From Vibrio alginolyticus NBRC 15630 = ATCC 17749 (GTDB lineage Bacteria > Pseudomonadota > Gammaproteobacteria > Enterobacterales > Vibrionaceae): 32,000 nt of DNA. Below the pieces are notes generated by a model. It was not told where the DNA came from. It did no database searches and saw only the letters and a list, made by a program, of their open reading frames with translations. The DNA lies in assembly GCF_000354175.2 (NCBI RefSeq), contig NC_022359.1, positions 1,500,001-1,532,000 of the forward strand, written 5' to 3'. Below, in pieces: positions 21,698 through 29,023 of the stretch. The position numbers and the translations under genes are program-made. Positions within the stretch are counted from its first letter, which is position 1. The number at the start of each line of letters is the position of its first letter.

Positions 21698-23560
21698 ATG
21701 ACCGACTCGCTACTGCCAAATATCATACAGTTTATCAGCCAGATTGATCCGTTTGACAAGGTACCTAAAGGTGCACTTCGCGAGCTTGCTTCATCTGTTA
21801 AGATCACTTATTTAAGCAAGGGGGATGTTGTTGATCAATGTTCTTCTAAGAACGAAAAGTCACTTTATATTATTAGAACTGGCTCTATCGAACAGCGTAA
21901 ATCTGATGGCATATTGAGAGCTAAACTTGGTCCGGAAGATTTGTTTGGCTTCACTTTTCTTGGTAACGAAGTCGAAAGCGGGAAAGAATACAAAGCAATT
22001 GCAATCGAAAATTCATTAGTTTATGTAATTCCAAATGCTGCGCTGAAAAAGTTGTGCACTTCTCATCCTGAATGTGCTGAACATTTTGCATCACAAGCTC
22101 AGGTACGGCTAAAGTCAGCATTAGATGTCGTGTGGTCTAACAAAGAAAAAGGGTTGTTTATTCGGCGTGTAGAGGAAGTTGCTAGTGGTCGAGTTGCAAT
22201 TGTAACCGCTGAGCAATCCATTCAGTCAGTCGCCAACGAGATGATCGATAAGTGCTCTCCCTGCGCTGTCGTTTATCGTGATAAAAAAATAGTTGGACTG
22301 ATTACCGACCGAGATATGACAAAGCGAGTCATCGCCAAAGGATTAAGCATCTCAACACCAGTCGTCGAAGTCATGTCGCCTGATCCTAAAACAATTCATC
22401 CTGACGATTTAGTTCTGCACGCAGCCTCCATTATGATGCAGCACAACATAAGAAATTTACCCCTAGTCAGAGACAATAACGTCGTTGGCGTTTTGACAAC
22501 AACGCACTTGGTTCAAAACCATCGAGTCCAAGCAATATTTTTAATTGAAAAGATCAAATATGCTGGCAGTGTCAAAGCTTTGTCTAGTTTTACGTCTGAG
22601 CGCCAAGCTATTTTTGAAGCATTAGTCGAAGGACGGGTTTCACCAGAAATCATTGGTAAAGTGATGACCATGATTATGGATGCGTACACTCGTAGGTTAA
22701 TACAAATAGCCATTGATAAGTTGGGAACACCTCCCTGTGACTTCTCTTGGATTGTGGCAGGCTCTCATGCTCGCCAAGAAGTACATATGCTGTCAGATCA
22801 AGATAGCGCCATCGTATTAGATGATTCGGCAACAGATAACGACCGTATCTACTTCAAACATTTAGCAATGATAGTAAGTAATGGCCTGAATAAATGTAAC
22901 TATCCATTGTGTCCAGGGAAGTTTATGGCAGCGACCCCTAAATGGTGCCAGCCTCTCTCTGTTTGGAAAAAGTACTATAAGAAATGGGTGGCAAATCCTG
23001 AATACGAGCGCCTCCTCAATATCAGTGTCTTTTTAGAAATCCGAACCGTTTATGGAAACAAAGACTTTGAACAGATACTTCGCGATGAGCTTCACTCTAA
23101 CATCAACGCTAATAGAGAATTCCTTACGATGTTAGTTAACGATGCGGTGAAAACAAACCCACCGTTAGGAATATTCAATAGCCTAGTATTACAAAAATCG
23201 GGAGAGAACAAGAAAACGCTCGACGTAAAAAAACACGCGATTAATCTAATCATTGATCTTGCAAGGATTTATGGTCTGGCAGTTGAATGTGACCTCACTG
23301 CAACTGATGAGCGTTTTAAAGCAGCTAACGAAAAAGGACTGCTCAGCCATGACGCGTACAAAAATATAATAAACGCATATCAATTCATCTTGTCGTTTCG
23401 ATTTGCCCATCAATTAGAAGCACTAAAAAGTGGAGATGAGCCAAATAACCACATTGACCCCAATACGTTCGGTAGTTTTGAACGTCAACATTTAAAAGAC
23501 GCGTTCCGCATCATTGCAGATCTACAAGAAGTCGCCAAACTCCGTTTTGGGAGCCGATAA
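21698..23560 (+). CDS. Putative signal-sensing nucleotidyltransferase: cNMP-binding domain, two CBS domains, DUF294 Pol-beta-type NTase and a C-terminal helical domain
   Basis: 620 aa. It has an N-terminal cNMP-binding-like block (FDKVPKGALRELA...YIIRTGSIEQRK...GPEDLFGF). Two CBS repeats follow (IVGLITDRDMTKRVIA and VVGVLTTTHLV). The NTase signature G-S-x(n)-D-x-D reads AGSHARQEVHMLSDQDSAIV. Confidence 0.85.
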   Translation: MTDSLLPNIIQFISQIDPFDKVPKGALRELASSVKITYLSKGDVVDQCSSKNEKSLYIIRTGSIEQRKSDGILRAKLGPEDLFGFTFLGNEVESGKEYKAIAIENSLVYVIPNAALKKLCTSHPECAEHFASQAQVRLKSALDVVWSNKEKGLFIRRVEEVASGRVAIVTAEQSIQSVANEMIDKCSPCAVVYRDKKIVGLITDRDMTKRVIAKGLSISTPVVEVMSPDPKTIHPDDLVLHAASIMMQHNIRNLPLVRDNNVVGVLTTTHLVQNHRVQAIFLIEKIKYAGSVKALSSFTSERQAIFEALVEGRVSPEIIGKVMTMIMDAYTRRLIQIAIDKLGTPPCDFSWIVAGSHARQEVHMLSDQDSAIVLDDSATDNDRIYFKHLAMIVSNGLNKCNYPLCPGKFMAATPKWCQPLSVWKKYYKKWVANPEYERLLNISVFLEIRTVYGNKDFEQILRDELHSNINANREFLTMLVNDAVKTNPPLGIFNSLVLQKSGENKKTLDVKKHAINLIIDLARIYGLAVECDLTATDERFKAANEKGLLSHDAYKNIINAYQFILSFRFAHQLEALKSGDEPNNHIDPNTFGSFERQHLKDAFRIIADLQEVAKLRFGSR

Positions 23561-24276
23561 TGAAGCGCTTACTTGAGTACTTTCATCCATTGACACGAAA
23601 AAATCGTCAGAGACAAAAGCACTATAAAAAGAAGCACATCCCTCTTTATCTTAAAAAGCTGCTTCGCTCGCCAAATCTGGACGTAAATCAACGAGCTTTT
23701 GACACTGAGTTCATCGTTCTAGATCTTGAAACAACTGGCTTAGACAGTGAGGAAGAAGTCATTCTTTCCATGGGCTGGGTAGAGATTCGACAAGGCCATA
23801 TTGACTTAGCAACAAGCCAACACCTTTATGTACATAGCGACTCAAAAATTAAGCCCGAAACCATAGTTGTTAACCATATTACCCAACAAATGCTGACTGA
23901 TGGAATCTCTATTCATGAAGCAATGCGGACATTCTTTAAAGCAGCAGAAAACAAAGTTATTGTTGCGCACGGATGTATAGTCGAAACTAGCTTTATTAAT
24001 CAATATTTACAGCGAGTTTTCAACATAAAAGAGTTGCCGCTCATTTGGATAGACACCTTGCGAATAGAAAAAAGGTTACAAAGAGCTATCAATGCTTCCG
24101 ATGAATCAGATGTGACTCTAGCAGCGACAAGGGAACGTTACGGGTTACCCGCTTACAACGGCCATAATGCACTTGCAGATGCAATTGCAACTGCAGAGTT
24201 ACTATTAGTTCAACAAACCCGTATCGCACCTCAGACAAACGCGACAGTCGGGCCCCTTTATCGGCTTAGCCTGTAA
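23560..24276 (+). CDS. DEDDh-type 3'-5' exonuclease (DnaQ/epsilon-like domain)
   Basis: 238 aa. Exo I is FIVLDLETTGLD and Exo III is GHNALADAIATAEL (H-x4-D). The start codon overlaps the upstream stop (TAATG), which implies translational coupling. Confidence 0.85.
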   Translation: MKRLLEYFHPLTRKNRQRQKHYKKKHIPLYLKKLLRSPNLDVNQRAFDTEFIVLDLETTGLDSEEEVILSMGWVEIRQGHIDLATSQHLYVHSDSKIKPETIVVNHITQQMLTDGISIHEAMRTFFKAAENKVIVAHGCIVETSFINQYLQRVFNIKELPLIWIDTLRIEKRLQRAINASDESDVTLAATRERYGLPAYNGHNALADAIATAELLLVQQTRIAPQTNATVGPLYRLSL

Positions 24277-24349
24277 TCATCCAGATCACAGGCCTATTTG
24301 CTAAACATGTTCTCTGTCACAATTTGGTATCATCAGCATTTACCTTAAT

Positions 24350-24360
24350 TAATAATACAA
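24350..24360. promoter_or_regulatory. Predicted operator variant (site J), reverse complement TTGTATTATTA
   Basis: The reverse complement reads AATGATATTGTATTATTAATT. It shares 14-15 nt with sites E and H. It lies 74 nt downstream of the exonuclease stop, in a long spacer. Confidence 0.4.
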
Positions 24361-24636
24361 TATCATTAATGGAGCGACGTTAGCAAAATGCAGCGAATAG
24401 CCATTGTCACTTGCCAACATCAGAGCGAGTGTAAACTGATTAGTTGCTCCATATCATAACTACATTTTAGAGAGCTTAGCATTGCATGTGCGCAATGATT
24501 GTCGAAGATCTAGCAGTGTTACATAAACAACCGAATTCAGGTGATGTCCCCTCGAACGTCATCTTCAGTGGTTAGTAATCATGTAAAGCCGCTGTTGCGA
24601 ACTTCAGCCGACAGCTCGCGGTACTAGTACCGTTTG

Positions 24637-24671
24637 GCCCATGCAGTACAGGCTTGCATGGGCTTTTTTTT
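24637..24671 (+). terminator. Strong orphan Rho-independent terminator in an intergenic spacer
   Basis: Perfect 9-bp stem GCCCATGCA/TGCATGGGC with a 9-nt loop and T8. A 14-nt perfect palindrome CGGTACTAGTACCG (24619..24632) precedes it. It is 360 nt from the nearest upstream stop codon. Confidence 0.8.
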
Positions 24672-24823
24672 AACAATCCTACATCAATCGATGTTAAATC
24701 CCTCTGCCAGATATGCATAAATCCGCGTCCATTCTTATTAGAGGACTTAAGATTCTTTATAAGTATATTCATAGAACCCATACCTAAACTCTACACTTTT
24801 AGCAGCTTCAGAGAAAAGCAATA

Positions 24824-24839
24824 TCTGACACCGATCACT
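24824..24839. promoter_or_regulatory. Possible CRP-binding site
   Basis: TCTGACACCGATCACT, which reads TCTGA-N6-TCACT and matches 4 of 5 in each half-site. Confidence 0.3.
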
Positions 24840-24892
24840 TGTATGATTAATTAAAGGGTTTATTACGCCTTACTGGTCACGGTTTTGAGTTA

Positions 24893-24903
24893 TTGTACTA
24901 CAA
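24893..24903. promoter_or_regulatory. Predicted GntR/FadR-type operator (site L) TTGTACTACAA
   Basis: Its core is identical to site A. It lies 59 nt upstream of the second symporter ATG (site A is 63 nt upstream of the first). Confidence 0.55.
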
Positions 24904-24961
24904 ATAAGAGGGGCGAACGTTACTATTACTTGGGACAATAAACTACTTCAAAGGTCTAAAG

Positions 24962-26743
24962 ATGGAACTCAATACTCTCATTGTGGGCATCTATTTTCTA
25001 TTCTTAATCGCAATAGGTTGGATGTTCAGAACTTTTACTAGTACTACAAGCGACTACTTCCGAGGTGGCGGCAACATGCTTTGGTGGATGGTTGGAGCAA
25101 CGGCATTTATGACTCAATTCTCTGCTTGGACATTTACTGGCGCCGCTGGTAAAGCCTACAATGATGGTTTTGCTGTCGCTATTATTTTCCTTGCAAACGC
25201 GTTTGGTTACTTCATGAACTTCGCTTACTTTGCACCGAAATTTCGTCAGTTACGCGTCGTAACTGTCATAGAAGCCATTCGTATGCGTTTTGGTACAACA
25301 AACGAACAAGTATTTACATGGTCTTCGATGCCAAACAGTGTTGTCTCTGCAGGTGTATGGCTTAACGCTCTTGCTATTATAGCTTCAGGTATTTTTGGTT
25401 TTGATATGACAGCAACCATCTGGATTACCGGTTTAGTTGTACTTGCGATGTCGGTAACTGGCGGCTCTTGGGCGGTTATCGCCTCCGATTTCATGCAAAT
25501 GGTCATCATCATGGCGGTAACGATCACATGTGCAGCCGTTGCTATTGTTCAAGGTGGTGGCGTTACTGAAATTATCTCTAACTTCCCAGTCGCAGAAAGT
25601 GGCAGCTTTGTTGCAGGTAACAACCTGAACTACTTAAGCATCTTTAGTATTTGGGCGTTCTTTATCTTCGTTAAGCAGTTCTCTATTACAAACAATATGT
25701 TGAACTCTTACCGTTACCTAGCTGCAAAAGACTCTAAAAATGCAAAAAAAGCAGCTTTGCTAGCATGTGTATTGATGCTGGGTGGGGTTTTCATTTGGTT
25801 CATGCCTTCTTGGTATATTGCAGGCCAAGGGGTTGATTTAGCGGCAGCTTATCCAGATGCTGGTAACAAAGCAGGCGACTTCGCGTACCTATACTTCGTT
25901 CAAGAGTACATGCCAGCAGGTATGGTTGGACTTCTGGTCGCTGCAATGTTTGCTGCTACGATGTCCTCTATGGACTCTGGTCTTAACCGCAATTCAGGTA
26001 TTTTCGTAAAGAACTTTTATGAACCGATCGTTCGTAAAGGCCAAGCATCAGAGAAAGAGCTAGTCGCAGTTTCTAAAGCAACATCGGCGGTATTTGGCGT
26101 TGCAATTATTCTAATCGCGCAGTTTATAAACTCTCTAAAAGGTCTGAGTCTATTCGACACTATGATGTACGTTGGTGCGCTCATCGGATTCCCAATGACA
26201 ATTCCAGCGTTTTTAGGCTTCTTTATCAAGAAAACTCCAGACTGGGCAGGTTGGGGAACTCTAGTCGTGGGTGGCATCGTTTCCTACCTTGTTGGGTTTG
26301 TTATCACAGCTGATATGGTGTCATCGGCGTTTGGCCTTGAGGAGTTGACTAGCCGAGAATGGTCTGATGTGAAAGTAGCAATAGGTCTAATCGGACACAT
26401 GACGCTAACTGGTGGCTTCTTCATGTTGTCGACTCTATTCTACAAGCCTCTAACTGACAAACGTCAAGCAGATGTCGATAAGTTCTTTGAAAACCTATCA
26501 ACGCCTCTTGTAGCGGAATCAGTGGCACAGAAAAAACTCGATAACAAGCAACGTCAAATGCTGGGTAAACTTATCGCGGTCGCAGGTATAGGTGTCATGT
26601 TTATGGCTCTGCTACCTAACCCAGTATGGGGGCGCTTAGTGTTTATTCTATGTGGTGCCATCGTCGGAGGTGTTGGTCTACTACTCGTAAAAGCTGTGGA
26701 TTCAAGCGCTGAACAAGCCTCTGAACCTGTGACAGAAAGTTAA
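24962..26743 (+). CDS. Sodium:solute symporter family transporter, paralog of 388..2145
   Basis: 593 aa, collinear with the first symporter from N- to C-terminus. Example blocks are SDYFRGGGNMLWWMVGATAFMTQFSAWTFTGAAG and MPAGMVGLL.AAMFAATMSSMDSGLNRN. Confidence 0.9.
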   Translation: MELNTLIVGIYFLFLIAIGWMFRTFTSTTSDYFRGGGNMLWWMVGATAFMTQFSAWTFTGAAGKAYNDGFAVAIIFLANAFGYFMNFAYFAPKFRQLRVVTVIEAIRMRFGTTNEQVFTWSSMPNSVVSAGVWLNALAIIASGIFGFDMTATIWITGLVVLAMSVTGGSWAVIASDFMQMVIIMAVTITCAAVAIVQGGGVTEIISNFPVAESGSFVAGNNLNYLSIFSIWAFFIFVKQFSITNNMLNSYRYLAAKDSKNAKKAALLACVLMLGGVFIWFMPSWYIAGQGVDLAAAYPDAGNKAGDFAYLYFVQEYMPAGMVGLLVAAMFAATMSSMDSGLNRNSGIFVKNFYEPIVRKGQASEKELVAVSKATSAVFGVAIILIAQFINSLKGLSLFDTMMYVGALIGFPMTIPAFLGFFIKKTPDWAGWGTLVVGGIVSYLVGFVITADMVSSAFGLEELTSREWSDVKVAIGLIGHMTLTGGFFMLSTLFYKPLTDKRQADVDKFFENLSTPLVAESVAQKKLDNKQRQMLGKLIAVAGIGVMFMALLPNPVWGRLVFILCGAIVGGVGLLLVKAVDSSAEQASEPVTES

Positions 26744-26759
26744 ATCTCTTATTCTAATA

Positions 26760-26788
26760 AACGCGGCTATTCTTTGGCCGCGTTTTTT
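26760..26788 (+). terminator. Rho-independent terminator after the second symporter
   Basis: Stem ACGCGGC/GCCGCGT with a 9-nt loop and T6. Confidence 0.85.
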
Positions 26789-27093
26789 AATTCTAAGTTC
26801 CCAGTACGAACACTTCACCCTTTTACGAAGACATATCATCTTGTCTAGGGTTATCGAATTGCAGCTTTATTTTGTCATTCGATAAGGCTAAACCAGAACG
26901 TGATAATCTGATCGAGTTAAAAGTGCAGCCTACCTTGCTTAAGTAAACGCCCCAAAGCCATCCAAATACCTGATGAAGTAAAGATCTCGGCTCGTATACT
27001 TTGTTGCCGCTTCGTGATTTAGACTGGCTAGACCTTTACATCACTACCTAGTCTACAAGCCAAACTATTCCCTCTGAACAAACCATCTCGGGA

Positions 27094-27720
27094 TTACTTA
27101 GGTACACTATTTTCTCTTTTTGCAGATGGCACAACAACCGCTACCAATAAAGCTAACAGCAGGAACACAGGGCTAAGCATTAATCCATGCCAGATTGAAT
27201 ACCCATCATGGAACAGCCAGAATATACCAAGCGTCAGTAGGTACGAAAAGTAGCTGCAAAACACCAAGCTAATCGCGACAAAGCGCTTTTGATTAATAAT
27301 AAGAATCCGCACTAGATACTGGCTAAGAATACCAGAGCAGCGCATGGCAAGTTGCCAATTAATGATAAAGAAAGCAAGCGCAATAAACCCAGCTACGACC
27401 AGTGCATCATGCGTGCTTAAAATGAAGTAGCTACCAAATCGGCTTATGATGACCGGATAATCGCCTTCGTATATCGTTGACCAAGATATTGCGTTCGCTG
27501 CTGCTACGTAATTGGCAAAATAAGCAATAGCGTAGAAAGTCGTTTGAGAACTGAACGGCTGAAATACATCCCTACAAAATCCTCGCCATTCTTCTTTGTT
27601 GGCGGTAGGCCCTACCCAGTCACGTTTTTTTGGGGCGGTACGCCCGGCAAACGCAGGCCCGTTGCGAAACAACAGCCAAAATATATAGAGTGCAAGTATA
27701 ACCAAGAGTATTGAAAACAT
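27094..27720 (-). CDS. Integral membrane protein of unknown function
   Basis: Preferred start is ATG 27720, because the 5 codons before it spell a strong RBS (AGGGGGAAGGG); this gives 208 aa. The protein has several long hydrophobic segments. I recognise no motif. Confidence 0.7.
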   Translation of the reverse strand: MFSILLVILALYIFWLLFRNGPAFAGRTAPKKRDWVGPTANKEEWRGFCRDVFQPFSSQTTFYAIAYFANYVAAANAISWSTIYEGDYPVIISRFGSYFILSTHDALVVAGFIALAFFIINWQLAMRCSGILSQYLVRILIINQKRFVAISLVFCSYFSYLLTLGIFWLFHDGYSIWHGLMLSPVFLLLALLVAVVVPSAKRENSVPK

Positions 27721-28046
27721 ACCCTTCCCCCTCATAAATTATCGGCGCCACTGCCAATGGCGTTGGGGTCGTAAACTGCACTTCCCTGCTATACCTATTT
27801 GATTTATCAAAGACTTATTATTTTATTACCACCAAAATTCATTTAATGGCATGCTAAACAGCAACATTTTCACGCTTTGTGCGTGAAGTTCGAAAGCCTA
27901 CTTTTAGGTTTAGCACAAAAATAACTACAGCAAAGCGTAAGAGAGGGATTCCTCACCCATCAATGAAGATGAGGCGTTAAGCAGAAGCTGCGACCGCAAT
28001 GAGAAGAGAAGGATTCAAAGCGGTCATGCATGGGCGAGAAGAGCAA

Positions 28047-28367
28047 CTATTTCTCTAACTTTTCTTCAAATACACCAATCTCTCTGCCCAACCAAATCGC
28101 GCGTTCTGTGTGATCGAGCAACTCTTCTTCGCTTACTGGGTGAATAAGCACAGAAAAATCGCCTCGAATCGTATCAAGCCACGCCAAGAACTCTTCACTC
28201 AATGATTCTAGGTGAATTTCAAACATCGGCATCTTGTGTGGGCCAACTAACCTTCCAACTAATGGAAACACACGCAGCACATCTTGACGCTCTTGACGGA
28301 TGATCTCGTTCAAGGCTTGCGCTTTATCTTGTTCTCTTAGGGGAAAATAAACATGAGCGTGGTACAT
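28047..28367 (-). CDS. Small DOPA 4,5-dioxygenase-family-like protein (function uncertain)
   Basis: 106 aa with a GGAG RBS. As far as I recall, the N-terminal MYHAHVYF and the size resemble the bacterial DOPA-dioxygenase-like family. The coding call is stronger than the functional call. Confidence 0.6.
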   Translation of the reverse strand: MYHAHVYFPLREQDKAQALNEIIRQERQDVLRVFPLVGRLVGPHKMPMFEIHLESLSEEFLAWLDTIRGDFSVLIHPVSEEELLDHTERAIWLGREIGVFEEKLEK

Positions 28368-28940
28368 AACTTCTCCATAATCACTTCCACTTGAGCACCA
28401 CCTACTTTGGATAAGCTCAAGGACTGCCGAGGGTATACATTTGTAATGCCGTCACCCTACCTTGATTCCACTCAGTTGGGAAGAAGTTATGCATTCTCAT
28501 AAGGTCGAGGCTTCGAGCACAACAAAAATTTGCAATTCATCATATAGCAACTGTTTGAGTTGATTCATTAATAATGACTCACTTTGTCAAATTTTACAGC
28601 CAAATTTTGTTGCAAATATGTTTCATTAACCAGTAATTAAATTCGAGTTTAAAAATACCACCAACAAAATGGCAGCATATTACTCTGCAAAATCAGGGTG
28701 TAAGCAAAACTTTACTACTGAGCGAAAGTCAAAATGAAGCATAATTTAACAATTTGTTTACACTTATTGTATCTGGCTATACCACGATTTAGTTAGAGGG
28801 TTAGATACAGAAAAGCCTTTCTCTGTATCTTGCGGTGAAATAGTCGCAGCGATGTTATCGACAAATAGTTTAAGGGACGAACAGATGCCTACCGCTATCG
28901 AAAGCACACGCAACCTTAGGTATGGCCTTTGCGCTGATAT

Positions 28941-28975
28941 CAGAGTTTGAGTACCCATACAAACTCTGGTTTTGT
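28941..28975 (+). promoter_or_regulatory. Terminator/attenuator-like hairpin in the leader of the 2-oxoacid dehydrogenase operon
   Basis: Perfect 9-bp stem CAGAGTTTG/CAAACTCTG with a 10-nt loop, followed by GTTTTGT. It lies about 50 nt upstream of the E1alpha ATG. Confidence 0.35.
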
Positions 28976-29023
28976 ATGAACAGCTGCAGTCCAAAAGACC
29001 CGCAGCGTCAAAAGGAGCTTGAG

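Noticed and set aside
21574-21807. 77-aa minus-strand ORF overlapping the GntR-2 terminator and the start of the NTase gene.
   Set aside because: It crosses a terminator hairpin and operator-like site K and is antisense to a well-supported gene start. It is judged spurious.
21698-24276. Reading the nucleotidyltransferase plus exonuclease pair as a CBASS-like or other anti-phage defence module.
   Set aside because: The NTase belongs to the DUF294/GlnD-like sensor type with cNMP and CBS domains, not the cGAS/DncV-like type. There is no effector (nuclease, TM, phospholipase, TIR, etc.) or phage or mobile-element context. The pair carries the locus operator and, as far as I recall, is a conserved housekeeping neighbour of SSS transporters. 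The defence reading is kept only as a remote alternative.
24572-24854. ORFs 24572..24781 (-) and 24654..24854 (+) in the spacer before the second symporter.
   Set aside because: Both run straight through the strong terminator hairpin or the promoter region. They have no RBS and a low-complexity composition. The region is better explained as regulatory or sRNA sequence.
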